A stretch of 32,000 nucleotides of DNA from Candidatus Arthromitus sp. SFB-mouse-Japan (GCF_000270205.1 NC_015913.1:1070188-1102187); one strand, 5' to 3'; shown: positions 19,101 to 28,309, numbered from the stretch's first letter. The notes: generated from the sequence alone by a model not told the origin. Numbers and translations: made by a program.

Positions 19101-19524
19101 GAGAAGTATCTCCATCACTACCAGTTGGTGGTGTTGTATCTCCTTCAATTGTTGGCGGTATTGCAACTTCATCGTTTGATGGAGGTTTACTTGAACCCCC
19201 TTCATCCACTGATGGTCCCTCTGAATCTTCACCTTCACCACCTTCAGAACCATCTCCTGAACTATCATCACTTGGTGGTATAGTTCCCTCTACTTGTTCT
19301 GTATCGTCAGGATTCTCACTTTCTTCACTAGATTCTCGAGTAATCGTAGTATTTAAATATGCGTACAATGAATCACTATCTTGACTTACCTCAGCTCTTG
19401 CGTAATTCAAAGCTGTTGCAACTTCCCTATTATATTGTGTACTATAAGGCACAAAGCATCCTGAAAAAATACTTGATGTAACAAACATCGTAATTAACAT
19501 AAAACTAACTTTTCTCTTATTCAT
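16183..19524 (-). CDS. Large mosaic DUF4214-type lipoprotein (1113 aa); paralog 2
   Basis: Signal peptide and lipobox 'SSIFSGC'; Asp/Glu/Gly/Pro/Ser-rich stalk; shared core; C-terminal 'VAEFVRRVYKIALGREPENEGWNFW'. Confidence 0.87.
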   Translation of the reverse strand: MNKRKVSFMLITMFVTSSIFSGCFVPYSTQYNREVATALNYARAEVSQDSDSLYAYLNTTITRESSEESENPDDTEQVEGTIPPSDDSSGDGSEGGEGEDSEGPSVDEGGSSKPPSNDEVAIPPTIEGDTTPPTGSDGDTSQTPPESGGDQQPSEPTVTNQSQVQIVKSTGSSELVGAGESYTPYGTIELSLKLSGKILESKIDIPVTPEQPDDGTGGGDIDNGEDENKPSEGGTDDGSGDSSGEDSDKPSNGDGEQKPPTEDGGNKPDEGEGIPDNGVNGTPDVGEEEKPEVDGGSTDQPSDDEVNMEGSSSLPPSQESPSESTKPPTDSEDSDITDDVEDTEEEPLTYGVKNFETGTLGDLIKRAYQEAKGDRSSETVTERKKLRDALSKILDDMNAQLSFESTHGVKKIKMSSDFVPNTDDYIKSIIDLGNTKLDNGIDPSNIALRIVVRNENVGDKLLTNTVYSLGALEESQTNRDITVGDDVKLTLTGLSNCKTGKAPALFISKNAAKPNLYETNSQNLQGTSKNDMYVTQFKNGVYLDMGSYGTSESDISIAENSIKFKNITFRDPDRSISRVEIQDDRGYRYSCSLISEYTDTFSIEVNGLESDTSYIFTKLFITSNTDGRMTSQELDLGCYDNGSVKQNYIPIRTIKQPEPKIQLAATNSSTVKLPNGIEMNTVKNSDTALRYVFKVDNKQGNILDLKVISLTGSESYQVEKIVDRVQKQNYYIVTLNNLEKNKDYGFVILELNYLDDSGNVQTSRKSLSTLNSTKGENTKYDNMTEAESLPIEEAVQISLSDSFTSSYARVARVPILIDDLENRVTSIDVENPVDNPNARVSYDNFILEFSDLKPETSGMFTIIFNCEDNGVSRETKQIKKYVQLSTTETPDYDIKSTDIEVVDLTKVNIKLNIYNNPKSEVKSVTVLDDLNNALKATWDKDISTIKLEGLKPDYTYTNVIIRLILENGKSVEYPLGTFKTVIDENRPKGDVAEFVRRVYKIALGREPENEGWNFWIEKLQSKELSATEFIAENLMTQPEFVDRELTKSKFVSTMYTLIVDRESEEEGQKYWESKYVEYRDQVSTIEQLRIKIAREMMDQPEFKELVTRIGLRY
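16186..16565 (-). other. DUF4214-type C-terminal domain of paralog 2
   Basis: 'KIALGREPENEGWNFW' and 'TLIVDRESEEEGQKYW'. Confidence 0.8.
18470..18925 (-). repeat. Low-complexity Glu/Asp/Gly/Pro/Ser-rich insertion inside the conserved core of paralog 2
   Basis: Lies between 'SLKLSGKILES' and 'TLGDLIKRAYQEAK', which are close together in paralogs 3 and 4. Confidence 0.75.
19080..19335 (-). repeat. Low-complexity N-terminal stalk of paralog 2
   Basis: 'ESSEESENPDDTEQVEG...PPTGSDGDTSQTPPESGGDQQPSEP'. Confidence 0.75.
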
Positions 19525-19550
19525 TTCAAACCCTCCCTGTTTTTAAAAAA

Positions 19551-19575
19551 AAAGATGGCTAGATAAGCCATCTTT
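19551..19575 (-). terminator. Rho-independent terminator of paralog 3
   Basis: aaagatggct-agata-agccatcttt with T-rich continuation on the minus strand. Confidence 0.8.
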
Positions 19576-19589
19576 CTTTTTTGAAATGA

Positions 19590-22500
19590 TTAATATATCA
19601 ATTGAAGTTTAGTCACTAACTCTTTAAACTCTGGTTGATCCATCATTTCTTTTGCAATTTTAATTCTTAACTCAGCTATAGACTTAACTTGATCCTTGTA
19701 TTCATCATATTTTCTTTCCCAATAGTTTTGGCCATCACTATCTGGCTCCCTATTAACTATTAATGAATACATTGTCGTAACAAACCTCGATTTACTTAAC
19801 TCCCTATCCACAAATTCTGGTTGAGTCATTAAGTTTTCTGCAATAAATTCTGTAGCTGAAATCTCTTTTGATGTTAATTTTCCAATCCAAAAATTCCATC
19901 CTTCAACTTCTGGCTCACGTCCAAGAGCTATTGTATAAACTCTTGCAACAAAATCTGCAACTGCTCCAGTTGGTTTAATAATTTCTTCGCTAGTTGTAAA
20001 TGGAGTCAACTCATATTTACTTGTCAATTTATTTTCGAGAGTAAATGTTACTACAAGCTCACTATACTCTTTGTTTGATTCAAGATTATACAATGTTATA
20101 GTATTAGTTGTTTTATCCCAAGAACTTCTTATTACCTTAGAGTTTTTATCTTTAATTTCTATTGCCTTAATAGGTGATTTTGGATTTTCATAATACTCAA
20201 GTTTTATAGTCACTTCATTTCCTTTAACAGTTGCTGTATCGCTCTTAATATCTACTTCTGGCACAGCTGGAGTCATAACTTTTAAATATTTTGTTAATAC
20301 TTTATCATTACCACTTGCATCTTTGTAATTAAATTCTAAAGTTATTGTTGTAGTTGCATTAGGTTTTAATCCTGTAACATCTAAATAAGAATCCTTATAC
20401 TCAACTTTAACATCTGAATTATTTGTTACAGGTTTAAAAGTCATACCAGATACTCTTCCATAAATATCATCAACAAAAACTGGAACTCTTGCTTTTCTTG
20501 CATATTCACTCTTAAACTCATCATTCATTATTACGTTAACATCATTTAATCCTGTTAAAGCTTCCTTCTCTGTTCTATTATCCATTGTTGGATTTTTATC
20601 ATCAGTCTTATAAATATTTCCTATAGATTGTCTTGTAGTTTTATCATTACCACTTGCATCCTTATAACCAAGCTCAAAAATCACATGACTATAATCAGTA
20701 TTAGGTGTAAGACCTGTTAAAGTTACTATATAATAGTTAGTTTTTGTCTTACTATCTTCAATCTTTTTAACATCTGCTTTCTCATTTGAAGTTAAAGAAA
20801 GTACTTGTAAATCTCCAATATTTCCTTCATTATTATCAACTTTAACTATATATCTAAGTGCTGTAGAATCATTCTTAACTGGTTTTACTTTTAATCCATT
20901 AGGTAAAGTAACATCTTCAGTTACCTTTGCAGAACCTAATTCTATTTTTGGCTCAGAAACTTGAGTTGTTCTAACAGATAATTGGTTAGCTGTAACATTA
21001 TTACTAGCATCCACGTTAGCTAAATCGATTGTAACCGTTTTATCTTTTACCCCAGTGTTTGAAGTTACAAGCAATTTTGTAAACGTGTATGACATATCCC
21101 TCTCAAGGTTATTTACTTGAACATAATATCCATTATCTTTATTTGAAAGATCAACTGGAACTAGACTACACGTATATTTTGTACCTCTAGCATCCTGCAT
21201 TTCAATTTTCACAATAGTACTATCTGGATCGTTTAAAACTATATTTTTATATTTAATTGATGTTCCACTAGCTACTATTCCTTCTTTAACATTTTCGTGA
21301 TAATCTGTCATGTTTAAATAAATTCCTGGTTTAATCATCGTTGTTATATATTTATCTTTTAAAGTACCCTTATCAGTACCTGATGAAGTCTGATATATAA
21401 CACTTGTAGTTTTATCTTCCTTCTGAGCTGTTAAAATTGAAGGTGATTTACCCGTTCTACATTCTGGTACTGTAAAGCCTGATATGAATTGATTATCATT
21501 TGCATCTACCTTAATATTATTTCCATCACTGTTAGTTCCACCTATACCAACAAATGTATAGTCAGTGTTGGTTTTTAATATTGAGTTATCATTATTTGAT
21601 GCAGAACTATTTCTTATCATCATTCTTAATACAACATCTTTAGAATCCGTAGATCTTGCAGTTCTCATAGTTCTTCCTGTAGTCCTCATACTGTTTAAAT
21701 CTATAATACCTCTTACATAATCCTTGTTACTAGTTTTATCTGGGAATATATCGCTAATTGGAACATTTACAAGGGTACCTTTTGGATCTCTAAACATTAA
21801 CGTTTTTCCTGTATTATTATCACAAATCACTTTTTTAAGAGCAGCTTGCAAAGCTTCTCTAGCTGTTGTTGTACCTTCTCCTGACCATCCACTGTTAGAA
21901 TCTTTAATTGCTTCATCAAAGGCACCTGAAATTAATCCACTTAGATTTTCTTTATTTAATACTTCTCCTGATAACTTAAAGCTCAAATAAATAACACCTT
22001 GAATATTACCATCATCACCTGTACCTATTACTTCGCTTGATCCAACACTCTTTAATGGTACGAATTCTCCTATCGTTGTTCTTTCTGTGCTAGCTTGTGG
22101 AGAAATAGCAGATTGTGAATTAGACTGTGGAAGATTTGGATCATTTTGAGCATTATTATTAATAGTTACTCCACTAGTTGATGGTGTTGTTCCTTCGCTA
22201 ACTCCATTATTTGGAGATATAATATTCCCTTGTCCTGAATTATCTACTACACCTGTACCTTGTGAAATGCCTGAATTATCTACTATATCTGTACCTTGTG
22301 AAGAATTTGAACCTGTTAAATCATTTGTATCAGTCAATGAAGAAATATCATCTTCTACAACAGCTCCCCCAAATCCTGTCATAGTATTACCGTTACTAAA
22401 TGAATTAATATTATCATTTGATATTATTTCATCAGATGGAGACATTTCATATGGTGTCATTTCATAATCTGTTCCCATTTGATCAAATAAATTTGTATCA

Positions 22501-22877
22501 TTTGACCTTGCACCCATTTTTATATCATTTGTTGTTTCACCATTTTGAATTCCATTGTCATATACATTTGTGTCACCACTAAAAATATTTTGATCATCCA
22601 TTAATGCTCCATCTGTAATTTCATCACCATAGGTAACATTTGGATAATTTCCAGGATTATAATCTGGCGCTGTATTATCTGTATATGGGTTATTTACTCC
22701 ATATCCATCTCCTGTATATTCTGTAACAGTTCTATCTGTTGCTCTTCTAAATGCATCCTCTCCTTGTGCTACATTTGCACCATTATCTGCACTCTTATTA
22801 TTTGATGTGCATCCTGTTAACATACTTGAGGCAACAACTAATCCAGTTAATAGAAGTGTAATTTTTTTTCTATTCAT
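19590..22877 (-). CDS. Large mosaic DUF4214-type lipoprotein (1095 aa); paralog 3
   Basis: 'MNRKKITLLLTGLVVASSMLTGC' lipobox, Asn/Gln/Thr/Gly-rich stalk, shared core and modules, DUF4214-type C-terminus. Confidence 0.88.
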   Translation of the reverse strand: MNRKKITLLLTGLVVASSMLTGCTSNNKSADNGANVAQGEDAFRRATDRTVTEYTGDGYGVNNPYTDNTAPDYNPGNYPNVTYGDEITDGALMDDQNIFSGDTNVYDNGIQNGETTNDIKMGARSNDTNLFDQMGTDYEMTPYEMSPSDEIISNDNINSFSNGNTMTGFGGAVVEDDISSLTDTNDLTGSNSSQGTDIVDNSGISQGTGVVDNSGQGNIISPNNGVSEGTTPSTSGVTINNNAQNDPNLPQSNSQSAISPQASTERTTIGEFVPLKSVGSSEVIGTGDDGNIQGVIYLSFKLSGEVLNKENLSGLISGAFDEAIKDSNSGWSGEGTTTAREALQAALKKVICDNNTGKTLMFRDPKGTLVNVPISDIFPDKTSNKDYVRGIIDLNSMRTTGRTMRTARSTDSKDVVLRMMIRNSSASNNDNSILKTNTDYTFVGIGGTNSDGNNIKVDANDNQFISGFTVPECRTGKSPSILTAQKEDKTTSVIYQTSSGTDKGTLKDKYITTMIKPGIYLNMTDYHENVKEGIVASGTSIKYKNIVLNDPDSTIVKIEMQDARGTKYTCSLVPVDLSNKDNGYYVQVNNLERDMSYTFTKLLVTSNTGVKDKTVTIDLANVDASNNVTANQLSVRTTQVSEPKIELGSAKVTEDVTLPNGLKVKPVKNDSTALRYIVKVDNNEGNIGDLQVLSLTSNEKADVKKIEDSKTKTNYYIVTLTGLTPNTDYSHVIFELGYKDASGNDKTTRQSIGNIYKTDDKNPTMDNRTEKEALTGLNDVNVIMNDEFKSEYARKARVPVFVDDIYGRVSGMTFKPVTNNSDVKVEYKDSYLDVTGLKPNATTTITLEFNYKDASGNDKVLTKYLKVMTPAVPEVDIKSDTATVKGNEVTIKLEYYENPKSPIKAIEIKDKNSKVIRSSWDKTTNTITLYNLESNKEYSELVVTFTLENKLTSKYELTPFTTSEEIIKPTGAVADFVARVYTIALGREPEVEGWNFWIGKLTSKEISATEFIAENLMTQPEFVDRELSKSRFVTTMYSLIVNREPDSDGQNYWERKYDEYKDQVKSIAELRIKIAKEMMDQPEFKELVTKLQLIY
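19593..19972 (-). other. DUF4214-type C-terminal domain of paralog 3
   Basis: 'TIALGREPEVEGWNFW' and 'SLIVNREPDSDGQNYW'. Confidence 0.8.
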
Positions 22878-22889
22878 AACCTTCTTAAA
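22838..22889. repeat. 52-bp direct repeat (copy A) spanning SD-proximal leader and signal-peptide codons
   Basis: ctaatccagttaatagaagtgtaattttttttctattcataaccttcttaaa, identical to 26146-26197. Confidence 0.85.
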
Positions 22890-22930
22890 ACCTCCTAATT
22901 TATAAAATAACCTTCGTAATTTTATCTAAA

Positions 22931-25900
22931 TTAATATTTTAATCCTAATGAAGTTACTAACTCCTTGAACTCCTTCTCATTCATCATTTCTCTTGCTATT
23001 TTAATTCTCAAGGTTGCAACTGAACTTGTTTGTTCTCTGTATTCGTTATATTTTTTCTCCCAATAACTTTGTCCATCTTCATCTGGAGTTCTATTAACTA
23101 TCAATGAGTACATAGTTGTAACGAATTGTTGTTTATTTAACTCTCTTTCAATAAACTCTGGTTGAGTCATTAAATTTTCAGCTATAAACTCTGTAGCTGA
23201 AAGCTCTTTAGACGTTAATTTATTAACCCAGAAATTCCATCCTTCAGCCTCTGGCTGACGTCCAAGTGCTATTGTATAGACTCTTGATACAAAGTTCGCA
23301 ACATCACCTGTTGGTTTTGGAGTAACTGTACCAGTTTTAAATGAAGTTAATGGATACTCTATAACTTCTGTATTTTCTAAAGTAAACTTAGCAATCAATC
23401 CTTTAAACTCCGTATTTGCATCCAATCCTTGTATAAAAATTGAATTTGTTGATGAATCCCAATTAGAAGTATATTTTTTACCTGTTGAATCCTCAATTGA
23501 TATAGATTTAATAGGAGATTTTGGTGTTGAATAATACTCAAGTTTAACTATAGCCTCATTTTCCTTAATAATCACTGTATCTGATTTAATATCTAAATCT
23601 CCTGTAACTGGTGTCTTTATAGTTACATACTTTCTCATACTTTTCTCTATACCAGCATCAGTTTTATAAACAAATTCTAAAGTAATAGTAGTGCTTGAAT
23701 TTGGAGTTAAACCTGTTACATTTACATAAGAACCATCATACTCAACTTTAACATCTAAATTTGATTCTAATGGAATGTAATTCATCCTAACAAATCTTCC
23801 ATTCATATCATCAATGAATAATGGAACTCGCGTACTCCTTGCATAATCAGCTTTATGATTTGTTTCAATATCTACTGTAAAAGTGCCTTGTCCTGTAATA
23901 GGAGTATTCTCTGTTACGTTATCAACTGTTTTATCATCTCTCTTAGTATTAATTTGAGCTAATGTTGTTCTAAGAACCCCATCTTTTCCATCATAATCTT
24001 TATAATCTAATTCTAAATTAACAAAATTATAATCTGTTCCTGGAGATAGACTACTTAAAGTTACTACATAATAATTAGTTTTACTTTTCTTATCTACAAT
24101 CTTTTGAATCTTAGACTCTTCTCCAGGTCTTAAACTCGTTACTCTTAACTCCCCAATATTATCTTCGGAATTATCAACTTTTAAAACATATCTAAGAGAA
24201 GTTGCATCATTCTTAACAGCTTGTACCTTTAATCCACCAGGAAGTGTAACAGTTTGTTTTGGTCCATCTGCTCCTAACTCTAACTTTGGCTCACTAAAGT
24301 TAGTTGTTTTAATTGCTGTAGTATTAACTGTAGCCCCCGCAGTATCTTTTTTCATCAATTGAAGTACGTTTAATTGATCCTTACCTTCAGTATTTGTAGT
24401 TATATCAATTTCTGTAAAGATGTAACTACTATCAGTTCTTAATCCACTAATTTGCAAATATTTACCAGCTTTTTTGTTATCAGGATCTACTTGAATTAAT
24501 GTTCCAGGATAAGTTTTGCCCTCTGAATCTTTCATTTCAATCTTAACTATACTATCATCAGAATCAACAAACTTAATCCCTTTAAATCTTATAGTTGTAC
24601 CCCTAGCCTCTACTTTATCAGGACTATTTAAATCGAAATCTTCTACGTTTAGATAATTTTTCTTATTAAGTTTTGTTACATATACCGTTCCAGTAGTTAC
24701 AGTTCCTGCTGAACCATTACTAAGATTTTCATATATAGCACTAGTTGAACTGTCTTTCATTATTTGTATAGTAGAAGGAGCTTTAGCTGTTGTTGCTTGA
24801 GGAATTCTTAATCCTGTAAGAACTTTATCATCTTTTATTGGTAACTCATTATTCTTAACTGTGCTACCAGTTAAACCTACAAATGTATAACTTGTATTTG
24901 TAGCTAACTCATCATTACCTTGTCCATCTGCACTTTGAAATCTCATAATAAGTGTAATTGGAATATCTTGTGAAGTAGCTCTTACTGATCTTTTTCCACC
25001 ATCTCTGTACATACCATCAATGTCAATTATTCTTCTTACATACTGTGAATTTTTATTCTTATCAGGACAAATATTAGCAGCTGTATATGGTATGTTAATT
25101 ATTTGACCCTTACTGTCCTGAAATGTAAAATTATTACCAGTATCTGTTGGATTAAATATCTCAGCTAATCCTTTTTGTAAAGCTTCTCTTGCTGTAGTAT
25201 TTTGTGCAGCTCCTTCAAAGTTTGTATTCGCATCTTGTAAAGTTTCTTCATAAGCCTTTTGTATTAAATCAGCTAAAGTACTTTGAGTACTGCCATTGGT
25301 AACTTGTGTAGAAAGTACATCTCCTGTTAACTTGAAACTAAATCTAATAGTTCCTTGTGGTTTTTTACTTCCTTGAGCACCGGTTAATTCTACACCACCA
25401 ATACTTCTTACAGGTACTATATTACCAGCTACAGTACTTTGAGTATTTCTACCCTCTTGTATTGTTTGTGGAGTATCCATGACTTGTCCATTAATATCTG
25501 AACTCATATTTGTATTTGGAGTCATTCCATTCTGAGTATTATTATTTACATCCATATCATTTTTAGTTGTGTCAGAATTATTAGATATATTTGGATTTTC
25601 AGTTGTATTTAGATTGCTATCAACTCCATTTATCCCAGACACATCTTGTCTACTTGAATTTGTTGACCCATCTGATAAATCACTTCCATTTGTTCTATCT
25701 GGTAATCTTCCAAAACCATTCAATGGCTCCATGATAGACGCATTGTTTTGGAATTCATTTATATTATCTTTTCCTGACACATCCTCTGATGAAATCAAAT
25801 TATTTCCCGTTCCATTTTCATTTATTGACTCATCAGATGTTATATCTCTAGAATATCTATTTAAATTCTCATCTACTGAGTTATTAAATCCATTATCAGT

Positions 25901-26185
25901 TCCATTATCAAACTCATTAACTGTATCCATTCCCGTTATATCATCAGCATAAGCAACATCTGGATATCCTCCAGATTGATATTGATTATTAGAATTGTAT
26001 GGATATTGCGCTTCTTCTTTAAACTCTGTTACAATTCTCTCTGTTGCTCTCTGCAATCCATTCTCATCATATTGAGAAACTTTATTGTTATCTTGAGTTT
26101 TGTTACCTGATGATGCACATCCTGTAAATATACTTGAGGCGATCGCTAATCCAGTTAATAGAAGTGTAATTTTTTTTCTATTCAT
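22931..26185 (-). CDS. Large mosaic DUF4214-type lipoprotein (1084 aa); paralog 4
   Basis: 'MNRKKITLLLTGLAIASSIFTGC' lipobox, Asn/Gln/Asp-rich stalk, shared core and modules, DUF4214-type C-terminus; 53 nt upstream of paralog 3 and probably co-transcribed. Confidence 0.88.
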   Translation of the reverse strand: MNRKKITLLLTGLAIASSIFTGCASSGNKTQDNNKVSQYDENGLQRATERIVTEFKEEAQYPYNSNNQYQSGGYPDVAYADDITGMDTVNEFDNGTDNGFNNSVDENLNRYSRDITSDESINENGTGNNLISSEDVSGKDNINEFQNNASIMEPLNGFGRLPDRTNGSDLSDGSTNSSRQDVSGINGVDSNLNTTENPNISNNSDTTKNDMDVNNNTQNGMTPNTNMSSDINGQVMDTPQTIQEGRNTQSTVAGNIVPVRSIGGVELTGAQGSKKPQGTIRFSFKLTGDVLSTQVTNGSTQSTLADLIQKAYEETLQDANTNFEGAAQNTTAREALQKGLAEIFNPTDTGNNFTFQDSKGQIINIPYTAANICPDKNKNSQYVRRIIDIDGMYRDGGKRSVRATSQDIPITLIMRFQSADGQGNDELATNTSYTFVGLTGSTVKNNELPIKDDKVLTGLRIPQATTAKAPSTIQIMKDSSTSAIYENLSNGSAGTVTTGTVYVTKLNKKNYLNVEDFDLNSPDKVEARGTTIRFKGIKFVDSDDSIVKIEMKDSEGKTYPGTLIQVDPDNKKAGKYLQISGLRTDSSYIFTEIDITTNTEGKDQLNVLQLMKKDTAGATVNTTAIKTTNFSEPKLELGADGPKQTVTLPGGLKVQAVKNDATSLRYVLKVDNSEDNIGELRVTSLRPGEESKIQKIVDKKSKTNYYVVTLSSLSPGTDYNFVNLELDYKDYDGKDGVLRTTLAQINTKRDDKTVDNVTENTPITGQGTFTVDIETNHKADYARSTRVPLFIDDMNGRFVRMNYIPLESNLDVKVEYDGSYVNVTGLTPNSSTTITLEFVYKTDAGIEKSMRKYVTIKTPVTGDLDIKSDTVIIKENEAIVKLEYYSTPKSPIKSISIEDSTGKKYTSNWDSSTNSIFIQGLDANTEFKGLIAKFTLENTEVIEYPLTSFKTGTVTPKPTGDVANFVSRVYTIALGRQPEAEGWNFWVNKLTSKELSATEFIAENLMTQPEFIERELNKQQFVTTMYSLIVNRTPDEDGQSYWEKKYNEYREQTSSVATLRIKIAREMMNEKEFKELVTSLGLKY
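22934..23320 (-). other. DUF4214-type C-terminal domain of paralog 4
   Basis: 'TIALGRQPEAEGWNFW' and 'SLIVNRTPDEDGQSYW'. Confidence 0.8.
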
Positions 26186-26197
26186 AACCTTCTTAAA
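26146..26197. repeat. 52-bp direct repeat (copy B)
   Basis: Identical to 22838-22889. Confidence 0.85.
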
Positions 26198-26346
26198 CCT
26201 CCTAAATTTTTAAAATAGCACTTAATAAAAATAAATAACTCGAACCTTTTAAAAAATAAAAATATTTAATAAATCAGCAATTTCTTAACTACTGATAAAA
26301 CTATTATGAACAATTTATTTTTTTATATTCATATTTTAAAATAAAA

Positions 26347-26375
26347 AAAATGACTACTCTAAGAATAGCCATTTT
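26347..26375 (-). terminator. Rho-independent terminator of the deacetylase operon
   Basis: aaaatgactactct / agaatagccatttt; mismatches become G-U pairs on the minus strand; T run follows. Confidence 0.65.
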
Positions 26376-26377
26376 AA

Positions 26378-27211
26378 TTAATAACCATATTCAGCCAATT
26401 TTTGTTTAAAAATGTCAATATCACTTCCACCTGGTATACTAACTCTCTCCATAGTCATATAATGATCAAAAAATTCCCCTGGCTCAGTCGACAAAGCCCA
26501 TTCATATCCTACATCTTGAGCAACTCTTATAACCTCAGAGTTAAATGAAGAATTTGGATAAACTAAAAATAAAACAGGTTTATTTAATGTTTCCTCCAAT
26601 ATCTTCTTACTTATATACATTGACTTATGTACTTGAGCAAGCGATGTATTAATAAAGTCTTCGTTGTTATGTCCTTGACTTTCTATGTCTTGACCAGCTT
26701 CGTGCATCTCTACAAGATTATCCTTCGTAACATATCCTCTCTCTCCAAGTTGCCTTGTTGTAACAAAAAAGCTCGCCTTTAAATTCCTTTTTTGAAGTTC
26801 AGGGAACACCGTATCATATGAGCTTTTATCTCCATCATCAAAAGTTAAAACTAATGTTTTCTCTGGAATCTCCTCACAAGATTTACGTAATCTATAAAGT
26901 TCTTCTAATGTTATAACATTGTATCCATTTCCAACTATATAATCTAATTGTTTTCTAAAATCATCAATATGTACGTATAAATCATCTTCCTGACTAGCTT
27001 TCTTACTATTTGTTACATTATGATAAAGCAAAATTAACGCTTCATTCTTTTCTTTCCTACTTAACATTTCTTCATTTGTAAGTGATGGCTTTACTTCATC
27101 ATATATTTTTTTAGCATCATAATAAGATTTTGCAACCTGACTTCCTATGGATAAAAAACTAACTAAAATTAATAACGGAAGCAAAACTTTATAAACTTTT
27201 TTTCCTCTCAA
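26378..27211 (-). CDS. Polysaccharide deacetylase family protein, membrane-anchored or exported
   Basis: NodB motif 'KTLVLTFDDGDKSSYDTVFPELQKRNLKASFFVTT' and 'GQDIESQGHNNEDF'; N-terminal TM segment. Confidence 0.9.
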   Translation of the reverse strand: MRGKKVYKVLLPLLILVSFLSIGSQVAKSYYDAKKIYDEVKPSLTNEEMLSRKEKNEALILLYHNVTNSKKASQEDDLYVHIDDFRKQLDYIVGNGYNVITLEELYRLRKSCEEIPEKTLVLTFDDGDKSSYDTVFPELQKRNLKASFFVTTRQLGERGYVTKDNLVEMHEAGQDIESQGHNNEDFINTSLAQVHKSMYISKKILEETLNKPVLFLVYPNSSFNSEVIRVAQDVGYEWALSTEPGEFFDHYMTMERVSIPGGSDIDIFKQKLAEYGY

Positions 27212-27223
27212 GTTAACACATCC

Positions 27224-28198
27224 TTATAAAGATAATATTAAATACGCAATATATATTAATATAATTGCCAAACTTAAGACTAAATAAACAATCTTCAATT
27301 TTTTATTGCTATTTTTAATGATAAGTAAGATTGCAATTAATACTGTTGCTATAAATCCAAATAATAATAATATTTTTGTTTGAGAATGATTTGTAATATA
27401 AAGTGATGCACTGACATATAAAAGATCTATTATCGAAATTATAAATAAGTTAAAAATATTACTCCCAATAATATTTCCCACTACTAAATTAAATTTTGCT
27501 TTTTTCGCAAGTGCAACACATGACGTAACTTCTGGAAGTGATGTTGCTATTCCTAAAAATAACGCTCCACTTAAACTTGCAGCTAGATTCAATTTTACAG
27601 AAATTATATCAGTTACATACGTTATAAAAACACTCGCAATAACTAATCCTATACTAACTAATATAAATCTCGTAAAAATTTGTTTAAGGGTAAGTTTACA
27701 TTCCCCTTTGTCTTCCTCATCTGCATCTATGTCATTTGTCGCCATAAATTTAAGAGAAGTAAAATATAATACCAAAATCAAAATTGAAACAATACTCACA
27801 TTAAAAATGTTAAAATCCTTTGAAAAATAAACTGGTATGAATAAAATTATGTTTATTATTATAACAAATAAAATCGTTTTAGTATGACTCTTGCTTATTT
27901 GACTTTGTACAAACCCTTTAATAAATAAAATAACAATAGCAGACAATGTAGCTAAATTAAAAATATTACTTCCTAAAATATTTCCTAAAACAAGCTCAGG
28001 ATTATTTAAAATAAGTGCCCCAGAAATACTCGTAAATAATTCTGGAAGAGATGTTACTGCCGCAAGCATAACTCCTCCTATAAAAGCTCCAGATACATTT
28101 GTCTTTTTATCGATTAAATCAACATAATCAGCAGCTTTTATCGAAAATAATATTACAGTTATTGCCAATATGACATAAAGCAAATATATCAACAACAT
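27224..28198 (-). CDS. Calcium/sodium antiporter (CaCA family, YrbG-like)
   Basis: Duplicated alpha repeats 'LAAVTSLPELFTSISGALILNNPELVLGNILGSNIFNL' and 'LGIATSLPEVTSCVALAKKAKFNLVVGNIIGSNIFNL'. Confidence 0.93.
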   Translation of the reverse strand: MLLIYLLYVILAITVILFSIKAADYVDLIDKKTNVSGAFIGGVMLAAVTSLPELFTSISGALILNNPELVLGNILGSNIFNLATLSAIVILFIKGFVQSQISKSHTKTILFVIIINIILFIPVYFSKDFNIFNVSIVSILILVLYFTSLKFMATNDIDADEEDKGECKLTLKQIFTRFILVSIGLVIASVFITYVTDIISVKLNLAASLSGALFLGIATSLPEVTSCVALAKKAKFNLVVGNIIGSNIFNLFIISIIDLLYVSASLYITNHSQTKILLLFGFIATVLIAILLIIKNSNKKLKIVYLVLSLAIILIYIAYLILSL

Positions 28199-28283
28199 TT
28201 CCTCCTTTAAAAATTTTTTTGAAAATTATATGTAAAAACTATGTTTTATTATAATAGTTAATCTCTTTTTATACAATATGTAT

Positions 28284-28309
28284 TAAATATCTAGTCGTCA
28301 CTACGATTA
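28284..28309 (+). promoter_or_regulatory. Possible SigD/sigma-28-type promoter
   Basis: TAAA - N14 - TACGATTA; partial match to TAAA-N15-GCCGATAA. Confidence 0.3.

Noticed and set aside
18504-19283. ORFs 18504-18686 (-), 18744-19283 (+) and 19050-19271 (-) in other frames
   Set aside because: All fall in the low-complexity DNA of paralog 2. Their His/Leu/Gln-rich translations are the expected artefact of a biased repeat-like sequence.
21724-25952. Plus-strand ORFs 21724-21990, 22267-22467 and 25569-25952
   Set aside because: Antisense shadows of the minus-strand lipoprotein genes, without independent start signals.
12136-26185. Interpretation of the DUF4214 array as a prophage tail or transposon cargo
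   Set aside because: No integrase, transposase, capsid, terminase or flanking repeats are present; bounding genes look chromosomal.
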